The translations under genes were made by a program, and so were the position numbers. Positions 17,977-26,229 of a stretch of 64,000 nt of DNA are shown here, one piece after another; position 1 is the first letter of the stretch; each line of letters opens with the position of its first letter. Location of the stretch: NCBI GenBank assembly GCA_036002305.1, contig DASYTL010000026.1, forward strand, positions 19,235 to 83,234, given 5' to 3'. The stretch is from Candidatus Limnocylindria bacterium. Lineage in GTDB: Bacteria; Chloroflexota; Limnocylindria; P2-11E. The notes under the pieces are model-generated. The model ran no database searches. It was not told where the DNA came from and worked only from the letters and a program-made list of their open reading frames with translations.

Positions 17977-18492
17977 ATGAATGCGGATCTGGCGCTTCTG
18001 GTGCTGCGGGTCGTCGTCGGGGGCGTGGTCGCCATGCACGGTTTCCTCAAGCTCGGCTGGGTGGGTCAGGGGGGCTCGATCGCCGGGGTCGCGGGCTGGT
18101 TCAACAGCATGGGTCTGCGGCCGGGGATGTTCTGGGCGGTGATGGCTGTCCTCGCCGAGGCCGGCGGCGGGGTCCTCACGGTATTGGGACTTGGTGGCCC
18201 GATCGGCCCCGGTCTCATTGCGGCGGATCTCCTCGTCGTGACCTTCGTCGCGCACTGGTCGCAGGGCTTCTGGGCCGGCGGGGGAAAGGTCGGCTGGGAG
18301 TTCCCGCTGCCGCTCTCCGCGGCGGGATTCGCGATCGCCGTCCTCGGCAACGGGGCGTGGTCGCTCGACCGGTTGCTCGGCGTCACCTATCCCGACTGGC
18401 TCCTCTCGGCGTGGCTCGCGCTGATGGCGGTCGGTGTTGTGCTCGCGCTCGGCGCGAGAGCCATGTTCGCGCCCAAACCGGCGGCCTCTTAG
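17977..18492 (+). CDS. DoxX-family membrane protein
   Basis: MNADLALLVLRVVVGGVVAMHGFLKLGWVG...GMFWAVMAVLAEAGGGVLTVLGLGG...VVTFVAHWSQGFW. Confidence 0.8.
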   Translation: MNADLALLVLRVVVGGVVAMHGFLKLGWVGQGGSIAGVAGWFNSMGLRPGMFWAVMAVLAEAGGGVLTVLGLGGPIGPGLIAADLLVVTFVAHWSQGFWAGGGKVGWEFPLPLSAAGFAIAVLGNGAWSLDRLLGVTYPDWLLSAWLALMAVGVVLALGARAMFAPKPAAS

Positions 18493-18552
18493 GCAGGGGG
18501 CGACCATTTCTTAGGTCGCGCTCACGCGCCTCTTAGGCGCCGCTCAGCGCCG
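18487..18552. repeat. three direct TCTTAGG repeats with exact 22-nt spacing, in the DoxX / G1-peptidase spacer
   Basis: TCTTAGG at 18487, 18509 and 18531; units 2 and 3 also share a GCTCA core. The first copy contains the DoxX TAG stop. The G1-peptidase ATG is at 18570. Confidence 0.6.
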
Positions 18553-18569
18553 CGAGCGACGCTTAGCGC

Positions 18570-19877
18570 ATGTACGAGCCCGACCCAAGCAGCACCGCAC
18601 CGGTCACCCCCGCGACGACCGGACCGGCTCCGCGAAAGAGCGGCGGCCTCTCCGCGGGAAGGCTGCTCGCGCTGGGGCTCATCGCGTTCGTGATCGCGGC
18701 CTTCGCCGGCCGCTTCGATCTCGGAAGGGTCGTGACGGGCGCGCGCGACGCGATCGAGCGGGCACCGGCGGCGCAGACCGCATCGACGACGAGCGACACG
18801 GCCGCCGTGGCCGCGATCAAGGACGTGGTCCAGCGCGCGAACCTCGCGCAGGCTCAGGCCTTCGCGCGCAACGACCCGACGCTCATGCGGGCCACCGCGA
18901 CCGACTCCTACTACCAGGAGCTGGTGCAGACGAATCGCGGGCTCGCGTCGAGTGGGGCCCGGTCGATCGAGCTCGCGAATCTCGACTGGATCGACGTGAC
19001 CGTCGACGGCACCACCGCGCACGCGGTGACGAGCGAGACGTGGCGCACCAGCTACACCGACGGATCCACCGACGAGAGCACCGACCGCAACGAGTACACG
19101 CTCGTTCTGCGGTCGGGGACCTGGCGGATCTCGGCCGACGTTCAGCCGACCACCCGGGTGATCGATCCGCGGACCGGGACCGCGCCCAGCGTGGCCCAGC
19201 CCGGCACGCCGGCGACGACCACCAGCAGCTCGAGCAACTGGTCCGGCTACGTCGCGAGCGGCGGCGTCTTCACTTCCGTGACCGGGACCTGGACGGTCCC
19301 GACCGTCTCGGGGTCCAGCACCGGCGCCGACGCGACCTGGGTCGGGATCGGCGGGCTCACCACGCGGGATCTCATCCAGGCCGGGACGCAGGCGATGGTT
19401 GACGGCGGCGGCACCGTCGAATACTCGGCGTGGATAGAGATGCTGCCCGCGTCCTCCCGCACCGTCCCGCTCTCGGTGACGGCGGGTGACTCGGTGACGG
19501 TGACCATCACGGAGCAGTCGACCGGCGACTGGCTCATCGCCATGAAGAACAACAGCACCGGCAGGACCTACAACGTCACCGTGCAGTACAGCTCCAGCAA
19601 CTCCTCCGCGGAGTGGGTGCAGGAAGCGCCGAGCATCGGACGGGGCCTGGTGGCCCTCGACCAGTTCGGCACCCTCCAGTTCACCGGCGGCAGCGCGGTC
19701 CGTGATGGCAAGACGATGACGCTGGCCGCCCTCGGCGCGAGGGCGATCACCATGATCAACGCCCAGGGGCAGGCCATCGCGCAGCCTTCGACGATCGCGA
19801 GCGACGGGTCGAGCTTCACGGTCACGCGAACCGACGCGCCGAGCACCTCGACCGGTGGCCGGCGGCGCCGGCCGTGA
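18570..19877 (+). CDS. membrane-anchored G1-family (eqolisin / Peptidase_A4) glutamic peptidase
   Basis: SSNWSGYVASGG...ATWVGIGGLTTRDLIQAGTQ...EYSAWIEMLP...NSSAEWVQEAPS is collinear with the scytalidoglutamic peptidase blocks SNWGGA / WVGIDG..AILQTG / YDAWYEWYP / AEFIIED. N-terminal TM LLALGLIAFVIAAFAG plus an extra domain of about 150 aa. Confidence 0.75.
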   Translation: MYEPDPSSTAPVTPATTGPAPRKSGGLSAGRLLALGLIAFVIAAFAGRFDLGRVVTGARDAIERAPAAQTASTTSDTAAVAAIKDVVQRANLAQAQAFARNDPTLMRATATDSYYQELVQTNRGLASSGARSIELANLDWIDVTVDGTTAHAVTSETWRTSYTDGSTDESTDRNEYTLVLRSGTWRISADVQPTTRVIDPRTGTAPSVAQPGTPATTTSSSSNWSGYVASGGVFTSVTGTWTVPTVSGSSTGADATWVGIGGLTTRDLIQAGTQAMVDGGGTVEYSAWIEMLPASSRTVPLSVTAGDSVTVTITEQSTGDWLIAMKNNSTGRTYNVTVQYSSSNSSAEWVQEAPSIGRGLVALDQFGTLQFTGGSAVRDGKTMTLAALGARAITMINAQGQAIAQPSTIASDGSSFTVTRTDAPSTSTGGRRRRP

Positions 19878-19890
19878 TCAGAGGAGCGGT

Positions 19891-20184
19891 CTAGCTCGAG
19901 GGGCGGGGCTGGCGCCGCAGGAGCATCGCGATGGTCTCGGGGTCTCCGTTCTCGACGGCGTGCACGAGGTCATCCGCGTACTGGCCCAGCCGCTCGTGGT
20001 CGGCGGACGATGCCTCATTGAGATCCGCCGGGTCGAGCGCGAGGCGCACCGTCTCGCGGATGGCCGCGGCCATCGTGCGCGCGGCGAACCAGGTCTCACG
20101 ATCCACGCCGGCTCGATCCCAGGGTCCGTCCGCCACCTGCTCCACGAAGTGCACTTTGCGGCGTGACGGGGCGCCTGGGAACAC
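19891..20184 (-). CDS. hypothetical helical protein (about 90 aa)
   Basis: High GC3 in this frame. ...VHFVEQVADGPWDRAGVDRETWFAARTMAAAIRETVRLALDPADLNEASSADHERLGQYADDLVHAVENGDPETIAMLL. No family recognised; a GTG internal start is possible. Confidence 0.5.
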   Translation of the reverse strand: MFPGAPSRRKVHFVEQVADGPWDRAGVDRETWFAARTMAAAIRETVRLALDPADLNEASSADHERLGQYADDLVHAVENGDPETIAMLLRRQPRPSS

Positions 20185-20252
20185 CGTACGGGGTGAGAGA
20201 TTTCGGCTACCCCGAATAGGGGAGGGCGGCGAAAACCCGCTACCTTTGCTCG

Positions 20253-20468
20253 ATGAGGAGTCAGGAAAAGATGCTCGATCCGGTCTGCGACATGATCGTC
20301 GAACTGGCCGAGCAGCGAGAGCAGGGCCTCACGATCGAGCGGCCCGAGCGCGAATACGCGTTCTGCAGTCCCGGATGTCTCTCCAAGTTCGCAAGAGACC
20401 CGAAACGCTACATCCCCAAGGTGGAGCGCTGGCTCGCGACCGGCGAGTCGGCGCCGCCCCGCATGTGA
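20253..20468 (+). CDS. YHS-domain (TRASH-like) metal-binding protein
   Basis: MLDPVCDMIVELAEQ...EYAFCSPGCLSKFARDPKRY. Alternative start ATG 20271. Confidence 0.7.
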   Translation: MRSQEKMLDPVCDMIVELAEQREQGLTIERPEREYAFCSPGCLSKFARDPKRYIPKVERWLATGESAPPRM

Positions 20469-20475
20469 TCCCGAA

Positions 20476-20919
20476 ATGAAATGGATCACGCGCGAGCACC
20501 CCAGGGTCGATCGCGTGGCCTGCCCATGGCTGATCCAGCGATTCGTCGATGGCGCCGCGGAGTTCCTCTATGTCCCAGCCGACCGCGTCATCGGCGAGGC
20601 GGAGCGCACCGGCGCGACGCCATACGACGTGAGCGGCGTCGAGCTTGGACACCACGGCGCCGAATGCAGCTTCGACGCGTTCGTGCACAGGTACTCCCTC
20701 GACCGCTCGGACCCGGCCATGGCCTATCTCGCGCGCGTGGTCCGCGGAGCCGACACGGCCGACAAGTCGATCACCCCGGAGTCGATCGGGCTCGAGGCCG
20801 TCCTCGACGGCCTGCGCGCGCTCCACTATCCGGACGATCAGGCGCAGCGCGAGGCGTCGGTTCCGGTCATGGACGCTCTGTACGCGTACTGCCGGGAGCG
20901 GACCCGCTCGCAGGCCTAA
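20476..20919 (+). CDS. stand-alone ChrB C-terminal-domain protein (chromate-resistance-associated family)
   Basis: MKWITREHPRVDRVACPWLIQRFVDGAAEFLYVP...ATPYDVSGVELGHHGAECSFDAFVHRY...RVVRGADT. Confidence 0.7.
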   Translation: MKWITREHPRVDRVACPWLIQRFVDGAAEFLYVPADRVIGEAERTGATPYDVSGVELGHHGAECSFDAFVHRYSLDRSDPAMAYLARVVRGADTADKSITPESIGLEAVLDGLRALHYPDDQAQREASVPVMDALYAYCRERTRSQA

Positions 20920-22151
20920 CGCATGTCGCCCGAGCCGCCCGGGCTCGTCTTCGAGAGCGTCACCGTGAAGATGCCCTGCTCGCCCTGCGCGCTGACGGTA
21001 TAGCCGCCGCGCGTGCGCGTTGCAGGGATCGAGTCGAAGGTCGCGCCGAACGGTGAGATGTCGAGCGGCACGCTCTCGCTCCCACGCGGGCCGCTGATCG
21101 TGAGCGTGACGGTCGACGACGGCGCGAATCCATAGAGCAGGTAGCTCGGGCTCGCGCCCTCCCTGGCGACCGCGACGATGCCGCGGGCCTCCGGCGCGGA
21201 GCTCCGCATCCGGCCGGCGAGTCCCGACACGAAATCGTCGAAGGACCGGCCGGTCAGCGCGGCATAGGCCTGCGCGATGTTCTGCCCGCGGCGCAGCCTC
21301 TCGTAGACCCTGGCCATCGGCGCGGGGCCACCGACGTCCTCACGCAGAAGCTCGACCGCGCGCGCCGCCTCCTGGTACTTGAAGTAGCCGGCCCAGTCCG
21401 TGAGCGAGTTCCACGCGAACTGCGACACGAGGGTGTTCAGCGGGATGAGCGTCCCGGTCTCGGCCATCGAAGCGGACTCGTAGCGGACGCGCAGCAGGCG
21501 CCACTCGCCTCCTGGGGCGAGCGCCTCGGCGAGCCGGCCCTGTCCCTCGTTCAGCCAGGCCGGCACGAGGTCGCAGCGCGGCGTGCACGCGTCGAGCGTC
21601 AGCAGGTGCGTGAGCTCGTGGCGGATGGCGGTTATCGGGCGCCGCCCGCGGATCGCGTCCCAGTTCACGGCGATGAGCCCGAGCGACGGCTCGAAGAACG
21701 AGATCGAGTTCTCGGCGACGAAGGCCGCAACCGTCGGCGTGTAGCCGAAGATCCGCACGAAACCTTGCACGTATCCCTCGGTCGTGGCGAAGACGTAGAT
21801 CACCGGACGTGCCGCGAACGCGCGCTCGAACTCGCGCTCGACCGCCGGGATATCCGCCTCGATCACGGCGCCGACGAGTGCCTCATCGGCACGCGAGAGG
21901 CTCGGTTCGACACGCAGGTCCGCCGGCCCGTCGACGATGACGAACTCGATGCCCGCGATCTCGCGCGTGACACGCGGCGGCAGCGAGGACTGCGGGGATG
22001 GCGAGGGCGAGGCGGTCGGGCGGGCGGTCTGCTCGGCGCGTTCCGCCCCGGCCGTCTCGGTCGGGGGGGCTGACGGCACGTCACGTGCGACCGGCGCGGG
22101 GCCGCAGCCGGTTATCACCAGAAGCGCGATCGCCAGTGCGCGCGCCGTCAT
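20916..22151 (-). CDS. secreted lipoprotein with an MA-clan zinc-peptidase motif (Peptidase_MA_2-like)
   Basis: Inner ATG 22151 gives the leader MTARALAIALLVITGC. ITAIRHELTHLLTL...VPAWLNEGQGRLAEAL (HExxH ... WxxEG). Confidence 0.65.
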   Translation of the reverse strand: MTARALAIALLVITGCGPAPVARDVPSAPPTETAGAERAEQTARPTASPSPSPQSSLPPRVTREIAGIEFVIVDGPADLRVEPSLSRADEALVGAVIEADIPAVEREFERAFAARPVIYVFATTEGYVQGFVRIFGYTPTVAAFVAENSISFFEPSLGLIAVNWDAIRGRRPITAIRHELTHLLTLDACTPRCDLVPAWLNEGQGRLAEALAPGGEWRLLRVRYESASMAETGTLIPLNTLVSQFAWNSLTDWAGYFKYQEAARAVELLREDVGGPAPMARVYERLRRGQNIAQAYAALTGRSFDDFVSGLAGRMRSSAPEARGIVAVAREGASPSYLLYGFAPSSTVTLTISGPRGSESVPLDISPFGATFDSIPATRTRGGYTVSAQGEQGIFTVTLSKTSPGGSGDMR

Positions 22152-22240
22152 GAGGACGAGCCTACCGAGGAGCCGGGCGCATGGTCCGGTTTTTGCCGGT
22201 TGTTCCTCCGAAGAGATACGCATTTCAACGGAGGTGGTCG

Positions 22241-22417
22241 ATGCCCCCGCGTGGCGTCAAGAGCGAGAAGCGAAAGCGTCAGTACGAGCACATCAAGCGA
22301 AGCGAGGTCGCCCGTGGCCGGTCGACGAAGGTCGCGAAGCGGATCGCAGCGGCCACGACGAACAAGACGCGCCGCCGGAAGGGAGAGACGAAGGGCTCGC
22401 GCCGCCGGCGCGGCTAG
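22241..22417 (+). CDS. small highly basic protein (58 aa)
   Basis: GGAGG 6 nt upstream of ATG 22241. MPPRGVKSEKRKRQYEHIKRSEVARGRSTKVAKRIAAATTNKTRRRKGETKGSRRRRG. Confidence 0.6.
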   Translation: MPPRGVKSEKRKRQYEHIKRSEVARGRSTKVAKRIAAATTNKTRRRKGETKGSRRRRG

Positions 22418-22740
22418 GGGTCGGGTGCGTCGGCGGCATGGTCGGGTGCTCCGCTCGCTCGGGTCGTTCGCAATGTGCGCTCCAGGCGACCCGCTCGCTC
22501 GCGAAGCACCCTCCCTCCGCCGACGCGCCTGCGTTCGGTGAGTCGCGGGACAAGTCGCGTGCTACGTCGGTTCGGCGGCCCCATCCTCGGCGGCCGCGGG
22601 GGTCGCGGGAAGCGCTCGACTGTCGACTCGGGCGGCCCGACCCGTCGCAGCGCGTCGGCGACGGCGTCGCGGAGCCGGTCCGCCGGCGAACGAGCGCCTG
22701 ACCCCTCCACGGCCGATTCCACTGCACCACCCGTGCTCGG

Positions 22741-24174
22741 TCAGGGCTCCCGGCTGGTGAAGTAGAGCTCGCCGGAGAGCTCCAGCACCTCGCCGGGAAG
22801 GACGGGAAGGTACGCGATCTTCACGCCCCGCCCGCATTCGAGATACCTGACGGCGTGGTCGCTCAGCGGGCGAAGGCCGCGCGTGAACACGACCACGGAC
22901 GTCACGTTGCCCATCCGCTTGCGCTGCCGCGCTTTCGCCTTCGCGTGCGGCTCCGGGTCGTACAGCCATGCGCGGTACTCGGAGAGGTAGTAGCGCACCA
23001 GCAGGAAATCCTCCCGGGCCAGGACGGCCGTCGCGTCCGGTGCGAAGTTCTGGCGCACGTAGACGACTCGCGAGGCGAGCTCGCGGTCGTGCGTCTCGAT
23101 CGCCGCGGCGGAGAAGGGCGCGGGCGTGAAGACGAAGACGGCCGCCGGCAGGAGCGCGGCGACGGTGCCCGACGCGCGCCACGCCGATCGTGGAACGCAC
23201 CGGATCCGTCCGACCAGATCGAGCCCGATCGCGGACGCGACGTAAAGCGCCGGTAGGATCGAGAGCGTGTAGCCCCACTCGCCGATATGCACGATGACGT
23301 AGAAGGCGATCGCGGGCGCGCTCCAGAGCAGGAGGAAGGCCCGCATGCGCCGCGCCCCGAGCGCGAGCGGGGCCAGGGTGCCCACGAGCATCAGGCCCCA
23401 GCCCATCGCGTACGCGGTGGTGCCGAGGTTCGCGAAGAGCGCCTTGAGTCCATGTTGGGGCACTGAGTACGTCGTGCGAACGAATTCGATCTGGGTCGAG
23501 AGCGCGAGCGCGTACGCCTCGGGACCCTCGGAGAGGATGACGGTCGGCACCAGCCATACGAACGACGCGAGCGCGAGGAGCGCCACCGCGGCCGCACGGA
23601 CGCGCCAGCGATGGGCCGCGAGCGCCCACAGCCAGGCCGGGCCGAGCAGTAGGAGCAGATCCTGCCGGAAGCCGGTCGCGAGGCCGAACACCGCGCTCGT
23701 CGCCAGCACCGTTCTCGCCGTCCCACCGCGCGCGGCGTGGCACAGCGCGGCGACGAGGACCGAGCCGAGGGCGAGGACGGTGTACGGGTACGAGACCTCG
23801 CTGTATGCCCAGACGAGTGGGTTGACCGCGAATGCCGCCGCCGCGGCCAGGGCCGCGGGCTCGCTCGCGAGCCGGCGCGCGAAGAGGAAGATCGCGACGG
23901 TCGCGAGCGCGCCGGCAAGCACCGACACGAGCACGAGCGCCGCGTTGCTGTTGGCGACGAACAGCCGGAAGAGCGCCGCGGCCGCAACGTAGAAGAGGTA
24001 TCCCGGGGGATGCGGCCGCTGGCCCGAGAGGTCGTAGTCGACGTGAAAGCCCTGCTCGATCGCGCGCGCGTAGAGCACCGAGTCCCAGGCCCAGAGCTGG
24101 TGCGCGAAGAAAGGAAGCCGAATCAGGATCGCGACGACACCGAGAAGCGCCCCGATGGCCGCGGTGCGCGTCAC
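22741..24174 (-). CDS. GT-C-fold membrane glycosyltransferase (DUF2723 / PMT-ArnT-like)
   Basis: Multi-TM. IRLPFFAHQLWAWDSVLYARAIEQGF...RPHPPGYLFYVAAAALF. Confidence 0.7.
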   Translation of the reverse strand: MTRTAAIGALLGVVAILIRLPFFAHQLWAWDSVLYARAIEQGFHVDYDLSGQRPHPPGYLFYVAAAALFRLFVANSNAALVLVSVLAGALATVAIFLFARRLASEPAALAAAAAFAVNPLVWAYSEVSYPYTVLALGSVLVAALCHAARGGTARTVLATSAVFGLATGFRQDLLLLLGPAWLWALAAHRWRVRAAAVALLALASFVWLVPTVILSEGPEAYALALSTQIEFVRTTYSVPQHGLKALFANLGTTAYAMGWGLMLVGTLAPLALGARRMRAFLLLWSAPAIAFYVIVHIGEWGYTLSILPALYVASAIGLDLVGRIRCVPRSAWRASGTVAALLPAAVFVFTPAPFSAAAIETHDRELASRVVYVRQNFAPDATAVLAREDFLLVRYYLSEYRAWLYDPEPHAKAKARQRKRMGNVTSVVVFTRGLRPLSDHAVRYLECGRGVKIAYLPVLPGEVLELSGELYFTSREP

Positions 24175-24234
24175 CCGCTAGCAGCCGCTCGCTCGGCCGG
24201 TCCCACCGCCGGACAGTATGAGGTGCGGGAGCGC

Positions 24235-25749
24235 TCAGGCCGCGGCAGGCTCCCCGGAGCTTCGAACGCGGCGGTAGCCGACCCAGAAGTAATACGCGAC
24301 GGCGAGGACGGCGAGCCCGAGAAGCAAAGCTGAGATCGGGCGGAGCGCGAATTGGACCAGGTTGGGATCGGTCTGAAGAGCTCTCCGCAGGTTGATCTCG
24401 GCAAGGGGACCAAGAAGAAACCCGAGCACGAATGACGCGAGCGGGAATCCGTTCTTCACCATGAAGTACCCGATGATCCCGAAGCCGAGCAGCACGAAGA
24501 CATCGAAGACGCGGTTGTTCAGCACGATGGCGCCGAGCGCGGAGAGCACGAGGATGCCCGGGACGAGCACGTGGTATGGGACGAACACGAGCCGCGCGAA
24601 GAGCCTCATCCCCCAGATCTGGATGAAAAGCGTGAGGATCGTCGCGACGAGGTATCCCGCGATGACACCCCACGCCAGCGTGGCCGTGCGCGGGTCGGTC
24701 ATGAGCTGCGGGCCCGGCTGCACACCGTGGATCAGGAGCGCTCCGAGCATCACCGCGGTCACCGCGTCGCCGGGGATGCCGAGCGCGAGCATCGGGACCA
24801 GGTCCCCCGCGGAGACGGAGTTATTTCCGGCCTCCGACGCGATGATGCCCTCGTAATGGCCCGTGCCGAACTTTTCGCGGTGCCGCGAAACCTTCTTCGC
24901 CTGATCGTAGGCGAGTACGTTCGCGATGCTGCCGCCCGCGGCAGGGACGACGCCGATCCACGCGCCGACGATGGACGACCAGAGCAGCACCACCTTCGAC
25001 CGCCAGATGTCGCGAAGGACCTGCAGATGTGGGATTCGGATGTCCTTGAGGCGGATCGCCACGCGCTCGCCCGCATTCTCGCGGCGCTCGAGGTCGGACA
25101 TGAGCTGCGAGAAGCCGAATAGACCGATGAGCACGGGAAGGAAGTCGAATCCGCTCTCGATGTCCGCGTTGCCGAAGCTGAACCGCGCGATGTTGAGGAC
25201 CGGGTCGAGCCCGATCGTCGCGAGGAGCATCCCGAGCAGACCGGCGATGAGGCCCTTTGTGAGCGAGTCGCCCGAGAGGCTCGCGATCATGGTGATCGAG
25301 AACGCGACCAGCGAAAACATCTCCCAGGGACCGAATTTGAGCCCGAAGTCGGCAAGGGGGGCGGTGGCAGCCGCGAGAACAACCCAGCCGATGATCCCGC
25401 CGAAGAGCGATGCCCACGTCCCGAGCCCGAGCGCGCGGCCAGGCTCGCCCTTGCGCGCCATGGGGAAGCCGTCGAACGTCGTGGCGACCGCCGAGGGCGT
25501 CCCAGGGATGCCGATGAGACACGCTGAGATGAGTCCGCCGGACGCCCCACCGACCGCGACGCCCATCATCGTCGCGATCCCCTGAAGCGGCGTCATCCCG
25601 AAGGTGAACGGAAGCACCAGGATCACGCCCATGGTGATCGTGAAGCCGGGCACGAGCCCGACGAAGATCCCCGCGACGACGCCGACGAGCGTCGAGAGAA
25701 GGACCGGAGGGTCGCTGAACGCCGCGAGGCCGGACAGCAGCTGTTCCAT
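24235..25749 (-). CDS. tctA: tripartite tricarboxylate transporter, large permease
   Basis: Inner ATG 25749. MEQLLSGLAAFSDPPVLLSTLVGVVAGIFVGLVPGFTITMGVILVLPFTFGM...GIPGTPSAVATTFDGFPMARKGEPGRALG. Confidence 0.85.
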   Translation of the reverse strand: MEQLLSGLAAFSDPPVLLSTLVGVVAGIFVGLVPGFTITMGVILVLPFTFGMTPLQGIATMMGVAVGGASGGLISACLIGIPGTPSAVATTFDGFPMARKGEPGRALGLGTWASLFGGIIGWVVLAAATAPLADFGLKFGPWEMFSLVAFSITMIASLSGDSLTKGLIAGLLGMLLATIGLDPVLNIARFSFGNADIESGFDFLPVLIGLFGFSQLMSDLERRENAGERVAIRLKDIRIPHLQVLRDIWRSKVVLLWSSIVGAWIGVVPAAGGSIANVLAYDQAKKVSRHREKFGTGHYEGIIASEAGNNSVSAGDLVPMLALGIPGDAVTAVMLGALLIHGVQPGPQLMTDPRTATLAWGVIAGYLVATILTLFIQIWGMRLFARLVFVPYHVLVPGILVLSALGAIVLNNRVFDVFVLLGFGIIGYFMVKNGFPLASFVLGFLLGPLAEINLRRALQTDPNLVQFALRPISALLLGLAVLAVAYYFWVGYRRVRSSGEPAAA

Positions 25750-25751
25750 CG

Positions 25752-26225
25752 TCAGAACAGCGAAGCCCGCGGCAGCACGATGTGGAGGAATCGCTCGAAC
25801 GCAAGCCCGAGGGCCCACGTGAACGCCGCCGAGCCGGCGAGCACGGCAGCGAGGCGGCGCCCGCGGCCCGGCTGAAGCACCAGCTGCATGGCGATGAGGT
25901 AGATCGCGGTGTCGACGAACCATCCGACGGCGGGCATCACCGCGGCGTACAGCGCGAACAGGGCCAGGCTGATGAGCGGGAAGCGGTAGCTGCCGAGCCA
26001 ACCGATGAGGTCGGCGCGGGTGGGACGTCGCGGGATGAGCACGCCTGACCCGCGGACGAGCAGCACGAGGCTGAACAGCGCGAGCGCCGCGATGACGATG
26101 CGCGGGAACGTCGACGCATCGAATGCCTCGAATGCGGCGAACGGCGGCTTCCTGATCTGGTACGTGTGCCAGAACAGGAAGCCACAAACCGCGAGCAGGC
26201 CGAGCGCGGTCGTCCGGTCGGACAC
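25752..26225 (-). CDS. tctB: tripartite tricarboxylate transporter, small permease
   Basis: 157-aa 4-TM protein lying between tctC and tctA with 2-4 nt gaps. Confidence 0.7.
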   Translation of the reverse strand: MSDRTTALGLLAVCGFLFWHTYQIRKPPFAAFEAFDASTFPRIVIAALALFSLVLLVRGSGVLIPRRPTRADLIGWLGSYRFPLISLALFALYAAVMPAVGWFVDTAIYLIAMQLVLQPGRGRRLAAVLAGSAAFTWALGLAFERFLHIVLPRASLF

Positions 26226-26229
26226 GCGG

